Shown here: positions 23,030 through 32,502 of the stretch, one piece after another
Layout of the letters: each line of letters begins with the position of its first letter
How positions within the stretch are numbered: position 1 is the stretch's first letter
Assembly: GCA_963662545.2 (NCBI GenBank)
Contig: CAXXLL010000002.1
Location: 1,280,001 to 1,344,000, forward strand
From: Gammaproteobacteria bacterium
GTDB taxonomy: Bacteria > Pseudomonadota > Gammaproteobacteria > Ga0077536
Direction of reading: 5' to 3'
DNA length: 64,000 nucleotides
The notes under the pieces: model-generated
The model's database searches: none
What the model was told of the DNA's origin: nothing
Seen by the model: only the letters and a program-made list of their open reading frames with translations
Position numbers and translations under genes: made by a program

Positions 23030-24383
23030 TGCGTATGGTCACCATGAATTCCACGCGGTCGAAATCGTTGACGATGATGTTCGAGTCGTTGTTGGTATAA
23101 CTGAGGTGCGGTGTCAGGCTCCAGTTACCGTCGAAGCGGTAGCGGTAGCCGATGTTCACATCGAAAAAGTCGTCGTCACGCCTGCTGCCGAAAATCGGAT
23201 CGTCGGCGTTGTAGTCGCTCGCCTGGTAGGTCACGGAACCGAACAGGGAACCGCGCGGGCCGAGCAGCCGACGCCCGCCGATCCGAACACCGAAAAATTC
23301 GCGATCGAAATGCTTGCCGCAACCACAGGCCAGGCCGGTGCGGGCGCGATCGTTCTGTGAATTTTCGACCCCGCCGAAAGCGCTCGCGAAAATGACCGGG
23401 CTACCGGCCATCTGCGGCATTGCATGTGCCACGCCGACGCCGCCCGAGTAGCGGTTGACGTTGCGTACTTGCTGTTCGGGGTAGCGAATCAGGGCGGCCT
23501 GGTCGAACAGGCTGACCTGGGTATTGTCGTTGTAGATGTGCCGCCACTGCAGCACCGCGGCACCGAGTTGACGGTCACTGTTGGAAATGCCGGGACCATC
23601 GACGAAGTATTTTTCGCCCTGGACAATGAGGCTGTACTGATTCTGATCACGCGTCAGTTGAAAACCGGTGTGACCCCTGGCATGGGTGGTGGTGAAATCA
23701 CTATCGCGCAGCGCGATGCTGTAGTTGAAGTCGATGCCGCCGACCAGGCGCAGATCCGGCTGCAAGGGTGAAGTGAACGAAAAACCCGCACCGATATCCC
23801 ACTTGGTGCTGTCCAGTTCGCGCGAATCGTTGGCGAGTGCGAACACTAGGCCGCCCGCGGCTGGTGAAGCGGTGACCGCACCGCGATCAGTGGCATTATT
23901 GACGTTGGTATCGAAGCCGAGGCCCGTCGTCACGTAGCGGGCGAAAGAAGTGCGGTAGGCGCCGTGATACTGATCGATGGCAGCGAGGTAGCTCTCCATT
24001 ACCCGCCTGACCCCGTCCGGCGGATCTTGTTTCTTTACTATTTCGAGTTCGCGCCGGGCCGCGTCGGTCTCGTTCGCGCGCATCAATGCACGGCCGAGTT
24101 CGGCGCGCGCCGGTCCGTGATTCGGGTCCTGATCGACAACGCGTTGTAGCGCGAAGATGGCCTCGGTATTGCGCCCGCTGTCCAATGCGGCGAGACCGAG
24201 CAGATAGTCGAACGCCGGATTGCCGGCTTCGTCATCTTCCATGGGTTTCAGCAGGTCGTAAGCCTGCTGCGCCTGGCCCGCGTCGAGCAGCGATTTGGCT
24301 TCGCGCAGCGCGGAATCTTCAGCGGCGCCAGCGGCGAAAGACAGAAAAAGGGTTAACAGGAGACAGAACCTGAAACGATTCAC
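23019..24383 (-). CDS. TPR + outer-membrane beta-barrel protein, Slam/DUF560 (type XI secretion)-like
   Basis: Signal peptide; TPR (FDYLLGLAALDSG…ARAELGRA); barrel start GLGFDTNVN; alternating strands; end Y.NNDSNI…FDR…RNDF with terminal Phe. Overlaps the downstream cargo gene. Confidence 0.8.
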   Translation of the reverse strand: MNRFRFCLLLTLFLSFAAGAAEDSALREAKSLLDAGQAQQAYDLLKPMEDDEAGNPAFDYLLGLAALDSGRNTEAIFALQRVVDQDPNHGPARAELGRALMRANETDAARRELEIVKKQDPPDGVRRVMESYLAAIDQYHGAYRTSFARYVTTGLGFDTNVNNATDRGAVTASPAAGGLVFALANDSRELDSTKWDIGAGFSFTSPLQPDLRLVGGIDFNYSIALRDSDFTTTHARGHTGFQLTRDQNQYSLIVQGEKYFVDGPGISNSDRQLGAAVLQWRHIYNDNTQVSLFDQAALIRYPEQQVRNVNRYSGGVGVAHAMPQMAGSPVIFASAFGGVENSQNDRARTGLACGCGKHFDREFFGVRIGGRRLLGPRGSLFGSVTYQASDYNADDPIFGSRRDDDFFDVNIGYRYRFDGNWSLTPHLSYTNNDSNIIVNDFDRVEFMVTIRNDF

Positions 24384-24605
24384 GCAAGCACCCGTGAGTT
24401 GTTTTTATCGTCGATGCAACGTTTTGACACGATTCGATGTCAGGGACTATGACTAAAACACCACAAAAGAGGGTGAACGAGGACCATTCCCGCAACCAAT
24501 TTTGGCTGCCGCTTCCCTGAGATGCCAGAGCGCGGACGATTTGTACTGGAGCCCGGGCGCGGTCAATATCTCGGGGCCACGCTCAATACCCAGGAGTTCA
24601 CGATT

Positions 24606-25499
24606 ATGACCGACGCCTACCGGACCCCGGACGAACGCTTTGCGGACCTGCCGGATTTCGACTTCGAACCCCGCTATATCGATGATTTACCGGGCCACGA
24701 CGGCCTGCGCATGCACTATCTCGACGAGGGGCCGGACGGCGCGGATCAGGTGTTTCTGTGTCTGCACGGCGAGCCGACCTGGAGCTTCCTCTACCGTAAG
24801 ATGCTGCCGGTCTTTGTTGCGGCCGGCGGCCGCGTCGTTGCGCCCGATCTGTTCGGATTCGGCCGATCCGACAAGCCGGCCGATGGCGTCTACAGTTTCG
24901 AGTTCCATCGCCGTAGCCTGCTGGCGCTCGTCGAGCGGCTGAACCTGTCCCAGATCACCATCGTCTGCCAGGACTGGGGCGGCCTGCTCGGCCTGACCCT
25001 GCCGCTCGACATCGCCGATCGCGTCACCCGCCTGATCGCCATGAACACCATCCTGTGTACCGGCGAAATGCCGCTGCCCGACGCTTTCTTCGCGTGGAAG
25101 CAGTGGGCCGCGGATCACCCGGACATGGATGTCGCCGAGGCCATGGGCTTTATCGACGACACGCTGCCCAAGGCGACCCGTGAGGCCTACCGCGCGCCGT
25201 TCCCGAACGAACGCAGCAAGGCCGGAGCGCGAGCTTTTCCAGAACTCGTGCCCACGGAAATGGAGTCGCCGGGCGCGGACATATCGCGCCGGGCACGGGA
25301 CTGGTGGCAATCCGAATGGCGCGGCCAGGCCCTGGTCGCCTGCGGAATGCACGATCAGATCCTGAGCCTGCCCGTGATGCAGCTCCTGGCGAGCTGGATC
25401 AAGGACTGTCCGCCGGTATTCGAGGTCGCGGAGGCAGGGCACTTCGTGCAGGAACGCGGAGAGGTCGTGGCGGAAAAGGCGCTTGATATGTTTGGATAG
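24606..25499 (+). CDS. Haloalkane dehalogenase (HLD-I/DhlA-like)
   Basis: RTPDERFADLP N-terminus, CLHGEPTWSFLYRKM, PDLFGFGRSDKP, nucleophile QDWGG, AGHFVQE. RBS AGGAG precedes ATG 24606. Confidence 0.9.
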   Translation: MTDAYRTPDERFADLPDFDFEPRYIDDLPGHDGLRMHYLDEGPDGADQVFLCLHGEPTWSFLYRKMLPVFVAAGGRVVAPDLFGFGRSDKPADGVYSFEFHRRSLLALVERLNLSQITIVCQDWGGLLGLTLPLDIADRVTRLIAMNTILCTGEMPLPDAFFAWKQWAADHPDMDVAEAMGFIDDTLPKATREAYRAPFPNERSKAGARAFPELVPTEMESPGADISRRARDWWQSEWRGQALVACGMHDQILSLPVMQLLASWIKDCPPVFEVAEAGHFVQERGEVVAEKALDMFG

Positions 25500-25565
25500 C
25501 GCGAGGCTCGCGGGGATTTTCCGGGCGAATTAATTCGTCGTCGTCGTCTCGTCGAGCTCGACCCG

Positions 25566-26351
25566 TCAAGCGCGCGCCGTCGAACCGCCGTCCACGGCGA
25601 GGATCGTCCCCGTGCAATACGATGCTTCATCGGACGCGAGATACAAACAGGCGTAAGCGACTTCCTCAGGCGTTGCGGGCCGGCCCATCGGCGCGATCAG
25701 CTTGGGATTTTCCGGCGGGAACAACTGGTCCAGGACGATTTCGACCATCTGCGTTTTAACGAAACCGGGTGCTACCGAATTGACCCGAATGTTGTCGTCG
25801 ACGTAGGCCACCGACATCGATTTCGTCAGGTTGATGCTCGCGCCTTTGCCCGCCGTGTAGGTGTGCGCATCGGGCGCGCCGCCCATGCCGAATATACTCG
25901 AGACGATGACGATGGATCCCTGCTGCTGCTTCTTCATCTGCTGGATGACGAGGCGGCAGACGTAGAACAGGCTGTCGAGATTAAGAGCCATCACTTCCCG
26001 CCATTTGTCGATGGGGGTCGTGTCGACCGGGTTCATCGAGCCGATGCTCGTTTCTTTGAGGCTGTAGCCGACGCCGGCCGCGTTGAGCAGGATGTCGATG
26101 CGGCCGTAGGTGTCTATCATCTGTTTAACAGACGTTTCGGCGCCTTCCGGATCGGATAGATCGGCACTGAAGACGCTGCCCGTGCCGCCTTCCGCTTCTA
26201 CTAACTTCACGGTTTCGTCGAGATTGGCCTGGGTACGCGATACGCCGAAAACCTCGGCGCCTTCTTTGGCAAACAGGATCATGCAGGCGCGACCGATGCC
26301 GGTACCGGCGCCGGTAATCAGCGCTGTTTTTCCTTCCAGACGTTCCATCAT
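25566..26351 (-). CDS. SDR family NAD(P)-dependent oxidoreductase
   Basis: TGAGTGIG, NAAG, YTAGK, NSVAPG, DGG. Confidence 0.95.
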   Translation of the reverse strand: MMERLEGKTALITGAGTGIGRACMILFAKEGAEVFGVSRTQANLDETVKLVEAEGGTGSVFSADLSDPEGAETSVKQMIDTYGRIDILLNAAGVGYSLKETSIGSMNPVDTTPIDKWREVMALNLDSLFYVCRLVIQQMKKQQQGSIVIVSSIFGMGGAPDAHTYTAGKGASINLTKSMSVAYVDDNIRVNSVAPGFVKTQMVEIVLDQLFPPENPKLIAPMGRPATPEEVAYACLYLASDEASYCTGTILAVDGGSTARA

Positions 26352-26413
26352 TCAATCTCCATTAGTTTTTGGTTCGTAGCGCCGATCGGATCTGTCGCAC
26401 CCGTAGCGCTTCG

Positions 26414-27019
26414 CTATTCTTCGCGTTGGCGTCCGAGCAGGCGCAGCAGATCTTCGTGCAATTCGAACCACACCGTGTGATAGCTCTCGATGCGTGCGTC
26501 GCTGACCCATTCGACCTTGCCGTCCGCGGCCTTTTCCAGGGCCGCGAGCAGCTTGATCTTGTAGCTGCCGAAGCGCGCGTGGCGCTCGATCATGCGATCG
26601 AGTATCGCTTCGAAACGTTCGTGCAGATCGCCAAGACGGTCGATGAGCTTGTCGTCGTACTCCGAGTTGGAATGATCGTTGGCGACCTTCTTGCCGCCGA
26701 CATCCATCGTCTGCCAATTGGTAATCAACTGCTTGAGATCGGTGTTGATGCGCTCGAATTGACCGTAGGCCTCGATGAATTGGGCATCGCAGCGCAGGTC
26801 GTCCCAGAACCGGGAGTATTCGCTCATGAGTATCATCTGGCCCGCAGGTGACAGCAGGAACTTGCCGTCGGTGCTGATGACCCTACCCTTGGCCTCGGCT
26901 TCGGCAAGCACCTCGCTGACGAGTGGGACGGGCAGGCCGGATACACTCGCGACATCCGCGGCGCTGCCGTGTTTCTTGATAGCGACACCATGCATGACCT
27001 GATGGAGGTTGCTGATCAC
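26414..27019 (-). CDS. Rv1126c-like wHTH-containing protein (family found beside pyruvate phosphate dikinase)
   Basis: N-terminal HTH-like segment and the C-terminal SYHTVWFELHEDL motif, recalled from mycobacterial ppdK-adjacent proteins. Confidence 0.6.
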   Translation of the reverse strand: MISNLHQVMHGVAIKKHGSAADVASVSGLPVPLVSEVLAEAEAKGRVISTDGKFLLSPAGQMILMSEYSRFWDDLRCDAQFIEAYGQFERINTDLKQLITNWQTMDVGGKKVANDHSNSEYDDKLIDRLGDLHERFEAILDRMIERHARFGSYKIKLLAALEKAADGKVEWVSDARIESYHTVWFELHEDLLRLLGRQREE

Positions 27020-27086
27020 GGACTTCTCCTATTTCCCCAAGGAATTATGATCGCTTTTTCGGGCATCGCCCGCGCGGTCTTCGATC

Positions 27087-28637
27087 TCAACCCTTTTCGC
27101 GAAGCGTTTCCACGTCCGCCCGTCTCAGACCCGCCCCTTTGCTTCTCAACAGGCGCGATTCGCGCTGCTCGATCGAGAACAATTCGTCCGCCAGCGGGGT
27201 GTCGTAGTGGTACTTGACCCAGTCGGCGCACAGAAAACGGTAGGGCTCACGGCAGGTGCTCGGCACGAATTCGCGCGCTTGGCGATTGTATTCGTCCTGC
27301 GTCAGGATCCCCTGCGAGGTGCGGTAGCGATCATTCTTCCGCGGCAGATAACTGTCGCCGGGACGCATCGGCCCGACCGCGGCGGTGTAGTCGCCGTCGT
27401 TCAGGATCGAATAGGGCAGGTAGCTCAAAGCCCGCGCCGGGATGTCGTTGTGCTGCATCATGGTGTAGTCGTGCAGGACCTGTGAAGGCGTGCTGATGTA
27501 ACCGACCAGTTCACCCAGGAAGAGATTGCCGTACTCGTCGTTGAGCAGTGGGCGGAAGCGCTCCGTACGTTCGTCGATCAGCATCCAGTCCTCCATCTCG
27601 TAGACGCCGGCGATGTGGGCGAATTCCTTGCCCACGCCGTAATAGGTGAGAGCGCCTGCGTCGAGTAGCTGATCACGCGACCATCCCGCCATTTCCGCCC
27701 ACAGTTTCTTGGTCGCGGTCTTGATGATCTCGGTGAGTTCCTGGAAGGTCTCCGCCAGCTCCTGCTTGCTGCCCATCCCGACGGGAAGGTGCCCGTCGGT
27801 CAGGTAATCCGCGGTGTAGAGCCCCACCGCCACCATGTGTTCCGATTTCATTTCGGGTTCGGATTCGAAAGAACCCCAATCGTCCAGCAGGTTGATGTGG
27901 CAATCCTCGAGGATCATGCTGACCGTGAGGTTGTTGTACGGAATGTCCTGACCCACGCCGTCCAGCCAGGGATAGTCCGATTCGGCCAATTCACGGTAAT
28001 CGCGGACCAGCATCTCGCGGTTGTCAGCGATCTTGTAGGGCCCGTGATTATGTGTCGTGAGGCGGCTTTCACAGGACACCAGGAAGCCGTACTGCGCGAT
28101 GGTCGCCATGAAGGCCTGCGCCGCCGTGTGCAGGGTATCGCCCGGGCGGCATTCGTAAGCGTCGGCATGAAAGACCTGCAGGCGCTGCTCGGGCATGATC
28201 TGCGCCCGGTGATCAGCCTGCCGATTGGTGATGTTGCCGTTATTTCGGTGCCAGGAAAGCTGGAAGCGCTTCCAGAAATCGAGCACGTAGACGACATCCT
28301 CAACCGCGTCGGTTGGGCGGATCATGCCCCAGTTGATGAGCATTTCCCGTCCGAGAAGATAGAAGCAGGGGATCGTCCAGGCCACGATCTTGATGCCTTG
28401 ATTGCGCGCGCGATCGCCGATTTCCTCGGCGGCCATGCGCTCTTCCATTTTTTTCATCAGGGCCGGGTAGCGGTAGAAACAGTTGAGGTAGGAAAACAGG
28501 ATGTAAGCCGACACTGGAAATATTTTCGACTCCTGCACGGTGCGCGTCGCGCACAGCCAATAGGTTTCGTCCGCGTTCTGCTGGATGAGATTATTGGTTT
28601 CCAATAACTGGGCGTAGTTGATTTCGATATCGGACAT
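27087..28637 (-). CDS. Uncharacterised 516-aa protein in catabolic operon
   Basis: Long ORF with typical codon usage. Probable start MSDIEINY at 28637 after AGGAAGCAGG. No recognisable family. Confidence 0.75.
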   Translation of the reverse strand: MSDIEINYAQLLETNNLIQQNADETYWLCATRTVQESKIFPVSAYILFSYLNCFYRYPALMKKMEERMAAEEIGDRARNQGIKIVAWTIPCFYLLGREMLINWGMIRPTDAVEDVVYVLDFWKRFQLSWHRNNGNITNRQADHRAQIMPEQRLQVFHADAYECRPGDTLHTAAQAFMATIAQYGFLVSCESRLTTHNHGPYKIADNREMLVRDYRELAESDYPWLDGVGQDIPYNNLTVSMILEDCHINLLDDWGSFESEPEMKSEHMVAVGLYTADYLTDGHLPVGMGSKQELAETFQELTEIIKTATKKLWAEMAGWSRDQLLDAGALTYYGVGKEFAHIAGVYEMEDWMLIDERTERFRPLLNDEYGNLFLGELVGYISTPSQVLHDYTMMQHNDIPARALSYLPYSILNDGDYTAAVGPMRPGDSYLPRKNDRYRTSQGILTQDEYNRQAREFVPSTCREPYRFLCADWVKYHYDTPLADELFSIEQRESRLLRSKGAGLRRADVETLREKG

Positions 28638-28701
28638 GAACCTGCTTCCTGCTGAATGTTGAGATAGACGACGGAGTGAGGGTTGCTTGGATCGCCCGGT
28701 G

Positions 28702-29439
28702 TCAGGATTTCCCGGTCCGCCAGACACGCGCCGACGCTTCGACGCCGCTTTGATAGTCGTCGGTCGTCTTGGCCTTGGCAGACGTTTCAATTTCCAGTAT
28801 GTCGCCGTCCTTGATACCGCTGAGCCGCGAGTTCATTAAACACGGAATGCCATATTCACGCGTGAGGATGGCGAGGTGCGAGCGCGTGGTGCCGCCGGCG
28901 CAGAGCACGCCCTTGAACTTTTCCAGTATCGGTGCCGTCAGGGTTCCACCGGAGTCGTCGATGATCGCAATGGTATCGGCCGGCACGCCGCTGGTCAGAT
29001 ATTCGAGGACCTTGTCGCTGGTCCTGACATGACGCGCGATGCCGGTCAAATCGTTCGGATAGGTGACGACGTTGTCACCGGCGCCGCGTAATTCGCGGCC
29101 GTCGGCATCGGTCTTTGCGGTCGGCGCCTCGGGATGCTCGAAACTGAAATCTTCGACGTAGAGTCCCGAATCCTTATAAGCTTCGGGCCGTTCGACCGAC
29201 GACGACATGGCGGAGGGTTCGAAACGGTAGCCGTTGTCCAGCAACTGCCGTTCGATGCGTGCGATGTCGTCCTTGGTAATCATCTCGTAGGCCTTGTCCG
29301 CCACGAATTCGCTCCACTCACAGGCAGCTTCGGCGAAGCGCCGTCTTACCAGGTCTTTGACGGCCGCGTTGTACGCTTCCGCGATCGGAAAGTCTGACTG
29401 ATATCCATATTTGTCAGAATCCACATACAGTCTGGTCAT
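28702..29439 (-). CDS. Stand-alone PEP-utilising enzyme mobile (swivelling phospho-His) domain protein
   Basis: GVLCAGGTTRSHLAILTREYGIPC motif with the conserved His, and IKDGDILEI. Confidence 0.85.
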   Translation of the reverse strand: MTRLYVDSDKYGYQSDFPIAEAYNAAVKDLVRRRFAEAACEWSEFVADKAYEMITKDDIARIERQLLDNGYRFEPSAMSSSVERPEAYKDSGLYVEDFSFEHPEAPTAKTDADGRELRGAGDNVVTYPNDLTGIARHVRTSDKVLEYLTSGVPADTIAIIDDSGGTLTAPILEKFKGVLCAGGTTRSHLAILTREYGIPCLMNSRLSGIKDGDILEIETSAKAKTTDDYQSGVEASARVWRTGKS

Positions 29440-29530
29440 GGTGTCTCCCTTAGCGGTCGTTTGCGATTGAACCCGCGGTTGGCCGAAACCTTAGCCACGC
29501 AGCCGTTTCGAACGACGATATCATTTTTTT

Positions 29531-29597
29531 ATTCGCCCGCAAGCGAGCTCCTACGGGGCGACGCCATGCTCCCTTAGGAGCCGGCTTGCGGGCGAAT
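29531..29597. repeat. GTAG-type REP doublet, copy 2
   Basis: attcgcccgcaagcgagctcctac … taggagccggcttgcgggcgaat. Confidence 0.85.
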
Positions 29598-29610
29598 TCG
29601 GAACGGCAGG

Positions 29611-30636
29611 CTAGTGCGTGAATTCGTCTCGCAACCGCGCCAGCTCGGCATCGCCGAGCGCACAGGCCTGCCGCAGGAATTCCTCGCCCGACCCGAACTT
29701 CTCGTCAATGATAGCGAAAGCCGACTCCAAATATGATGCTCGGGTTTCCAAAAGCGGCATCACCAGGCGGCTGGCCGCCTCGCCGGTCGCCTTAACCGCG
29801 TATTTCTCGAATACGCGGTCCAATTCGGACGCCGCAGGGAAATAGGTTTTCGACAACATGAAGTCGTAGAAAATCGTCTCGCGCGGAACATTCAAGGCGA
29901 TGAGCAGCAGCGCAGCACCGACGCCGGTGCGTTCCTTGCCGGCCGAACAGTTGATGAGGACCTTGCCGCCGCGCTGCGTCAGCAGAATCTCGAACAGCCT
30001 CGCATAGCGTGGGGCCGCATCCACAATCAGCGACTGCATCACTTCGTGCATGGCGGCGACCACGGCCTGCGGGTCGGTCGTGGACGCAAATAGGCGGTGG
30101 AAAAAAAAGCGATCCCTGACCCCCGGCGGAACCGCGAGGATTTCGACGACGGGATCGTTCGGCAGGACGGCGTTTTCCTGCTCGAGTTCTGCGCCTGTGC
30201 GGAAATCGCACACGGTTTGAATATCGAGCGATCCCAAATAACGCTTGTCGTCTTCGGTCAGTCTGGACAGGTGGCCGGAGCGGAACAGGCGGCCCCAGTC
30301 GACGCGGCGTCCGTCCCGCGTTTCGTAGCCGCCGAGATCCCGGAAATTGATGCCCCCCGCGAGGGGCAGGGCGCGCTCTGCGACGGTGATGCCGTTGCCC
30401 GCGGCCGGCTGCAGGCGGAAGTAATGACGAACTCCCGATTCAAGGCGCGGAATGTCGGCCTGTCCGTGGGCGTTGTCGACGAGGGGCGTCGTGAGATCAA
30501 TGCCGGCCGGTGAAGAACCGGCATAGACCGTGACCGGTTGATCGTGGAAGCATCCATGCCACCGGATGCGATAGCCGTCGCCGGTGACTTCGACTTGAAT
30601 CGACTGCAGAACATCCATTGTATCGCCTGAATCCAA
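29611..30636 (-). CDS. Tyrosine-protein phosphatase (Y_phosphatase3/PtpB-like)
   Basis: INFRDLGGY, LFRSG, DFRT, P-loop NCSAGKERTG. The start may be 30618. Confidence 0.9.
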   Translation of the reverse strand: MDSGDTMDVLQSIQVEVTGDGYRIRWHGCFHDQPVTVYAGSSPAGIDLTTPLVDNAHGQADIPRLESGVRHYFRLQPAAGNGITVAERALPLAGGINFRDLGGYETRDGRRVDWGRLFRSGHLSRLTEDDKRYLGSLDIQTVCDFRTGAELEQENAVLPNDPVVEILAVPPGVRDRFFFHRLFASTTDPQAVVAAMHEVMQSLIVDAAPRYARLFEILLTQRGGKVLINCSAGKERTGVGAALLLIALNVPRETIFYDFMLSKTYFPAASELDRVFEKYAVKATGEAASRLVMPLLETRASYLESAFAIIDEKFGSGEEFLRQACALGDAELARLRDEFTH

Positions 30637-30696
30637 GGCGCATCTGTTCTCGTTCCGCCATCCGCCTCGCTGCGATCGCCTAAGTCCGACCCGCTC

Positions 30697-32502
30697 CTAG
30701 CGTGATGCCGCCAACTCCGCCCGCCGGGTCTTGCTCGCGGCCAGATCGAGAGCCAGCGATTCGTCGTCGAGGCGGCCGTTGAAGACGATCCCGTAGACGT
30801 CGCGCGCGCGCGCGATCGTTTCCCAGCGCTCCAGCACGTCTCGCAACACCCGTTCCGGTTCGCGCTCCAGTGGATCGCCGTAGCCGCCACCGCCGCAATC
30901 AAGTCCCCGCACCAATTCGCCGGGTTCCAGGCGGCACTCGACGACGCCCGGGAGTTTTTCCTGCGTGCCATCCGCGCTGATCTTATAGGTCTCGGCGGCC
31001 GGTCCCGGCGCACCGCCGCGCACGCCGCGCGGCGGGAAGTGTTGCCCGTCGCAGGAGATGACGACGGTCATGGGGTCCGTGCGCGGCCCGTAGATGACCT
31101 CGGCGCCCGGGGCTCCGCGAAATCGTCCGGCACCGCCGCCGCCCTCGATCACGCGGATTGATTTGATCATGATCGGGTACTTCGATTCGTCGATTTCGAC
31201 GCTGTTGCGGTACATGAGGCCGCCGACCACCGGCAAACCATAAGTCAGCCAGCCGTCAGTGGACGGGGTGCCCGGGCCGCCGTTCGCCATGATGAATTCC
31301 TGATTGATATAAGGATCGCCGCCGAAACGCCAGTCCTTGCCGGAAATGACACCCGCGCCTGCGCCCATGCCGAGTGCCCCTTCGGCCAAACCATGCCCTT
31401 CACCGATCTGTGCGAACGCGGCCTGGGTGATGTTGACGATGCGGTCGGCGATGTTGGTGGTCGCCATGGAACAACTGTGCGGGAATTCCGGGATGCCGGT
31501 AATGCAGCCTTCGCGGAGTTTAATGTTTACCCGCGAGAAGCTGCCGGCGTTGTGCGGAATGTCGTGGTCAAGGCAGTTGAACACGCCGGCCATGGCGTTA
31601 CTGGTCGCGCAGGCGACCGACTGGTTCAAACCGAAATCCTTGTTGTCTTCGTTGTGTGTCAGGTCGACTTCGATGCGGCCTTCCTCGGCATCGACCGTCA
31701 CGTCGACACGGATCTCGAGGCCGTCGGGCAATACCGGGGGCTGCGGATCGTAATGGCCGACGTTTGTCAGCGTGCCGCCCGGCATGGTCTTGATCGCCTC
31801 GATCATGCGCCGCTCCGAGTAGGCGAACCAGGTCTTGATGAATTCGCGGATGGTATCGCGGCCATAGCGTTCGACCAGTTCTCTCAAGCGGCGCTCGCCG
31901 ATACGGGCCGCGCCGATCGCGGCGAGATAGTCGCCAAACCATTGCTCCGGCACGCGAATGCGTCGTTTGCACATGCGGATGATGTCCTGCATGTCCTGGT
32001 AATCCCGCTGCACCCGCACGCAGGGAAAGATCAACGCGCCTTCCTCGTAAATGTCCCGGGCGTAGGCGTGATACGTGCTCGGGATGGAGTTGCCGCAGTC
32101 GGCCTGATGTGCTTTCGCGCAGGTGGTGAACAGGTGCTCGCCATCGATGAAGACCGGGCACATGATCATGTGATCGGCGGGGTGGGTATTACCGCCGTAG
32201 GGATCGTTGTCCAGAAACGCATCGCCGGACGCGAGATCATCATGCAGATCGCACATCGACTGGCTCTGCAGGCTGCTGCCGAAAATATGCACGGGCAGAC
32301 CTTCGCCGGGGCACAGCATCTGATTGTCGCCGGTCACGATCGAGCAGGAAAAATCCCGAGCGATCGCGAGCACTGCTGAGCGCGCCGTGCGCAGCAGGGT
32401 ATTGGACATCTCGCGCACGATCGCGTTGAGCCGATTGCCGAGTACGGCCATGAGCACGGGATCCATATCGTAGGTGATCGGTGTGGTTTCGGGTTTGTTC
32501 AT
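30697..32502 (-). CDS. Hydantoinase B/oxoprolinase family protein
   Basis: REMSNTLLRTARS, RDFSC, NDPYGGNTHPAD, HQADCG, GAGRFRG, GGGGYGDPLER. Confidence 0.95.
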   Translation of the reverse strand: MNKPETTPITYDMDPVLMAVLGNRLNAIVREMSNTLLRTARSAVLAIARDFSCSIVTGDNQMLCPGEGLPVHIFGSSLQSQSMCDLHDDLASGDAFLDNDPYGGNTHPADHMIMCPVFIDGEHLFTTCAKAHQADCGNSIPSTYHAYARDIYEEGALIFPCVRVQRDYQDMQDIIRMCKRRIRVPEQWFGDYLAAIGAARIGERRLRELVERYGRDTIREFIKTWFAYSERRMIEAIKTMPGGTLTNVGHYDPQPPVLPDGLEIRVDVTVDAEEGRIEVDLTHNEDNKDFGLNQSVACATSNAMAGVFNCLDHDIPHNAGSFSRVNIKLREGCITGIPEFPHSCSMATTNIADRIVNITQAAFAQIGEGHGLAEGALGMGAGAGVISGKDWRFGGDPYINQEFIMANGGPGTPSTDGWLTYGLPVVGGLMYRNSVEIDESKYPIMIKSIRVIEGGGGAGRFRGAPGAEVIYGPRTDPMTVVISCDGQHFPPRGVRGGAPGPAAETYKISADGTQEKLPGVVECRLEPGELVRGLDCGGGGYGDPLEREPERVLRDVLERWETIARARDVYGIVFNGRLDDESLALDLAASKTRRAELAASR

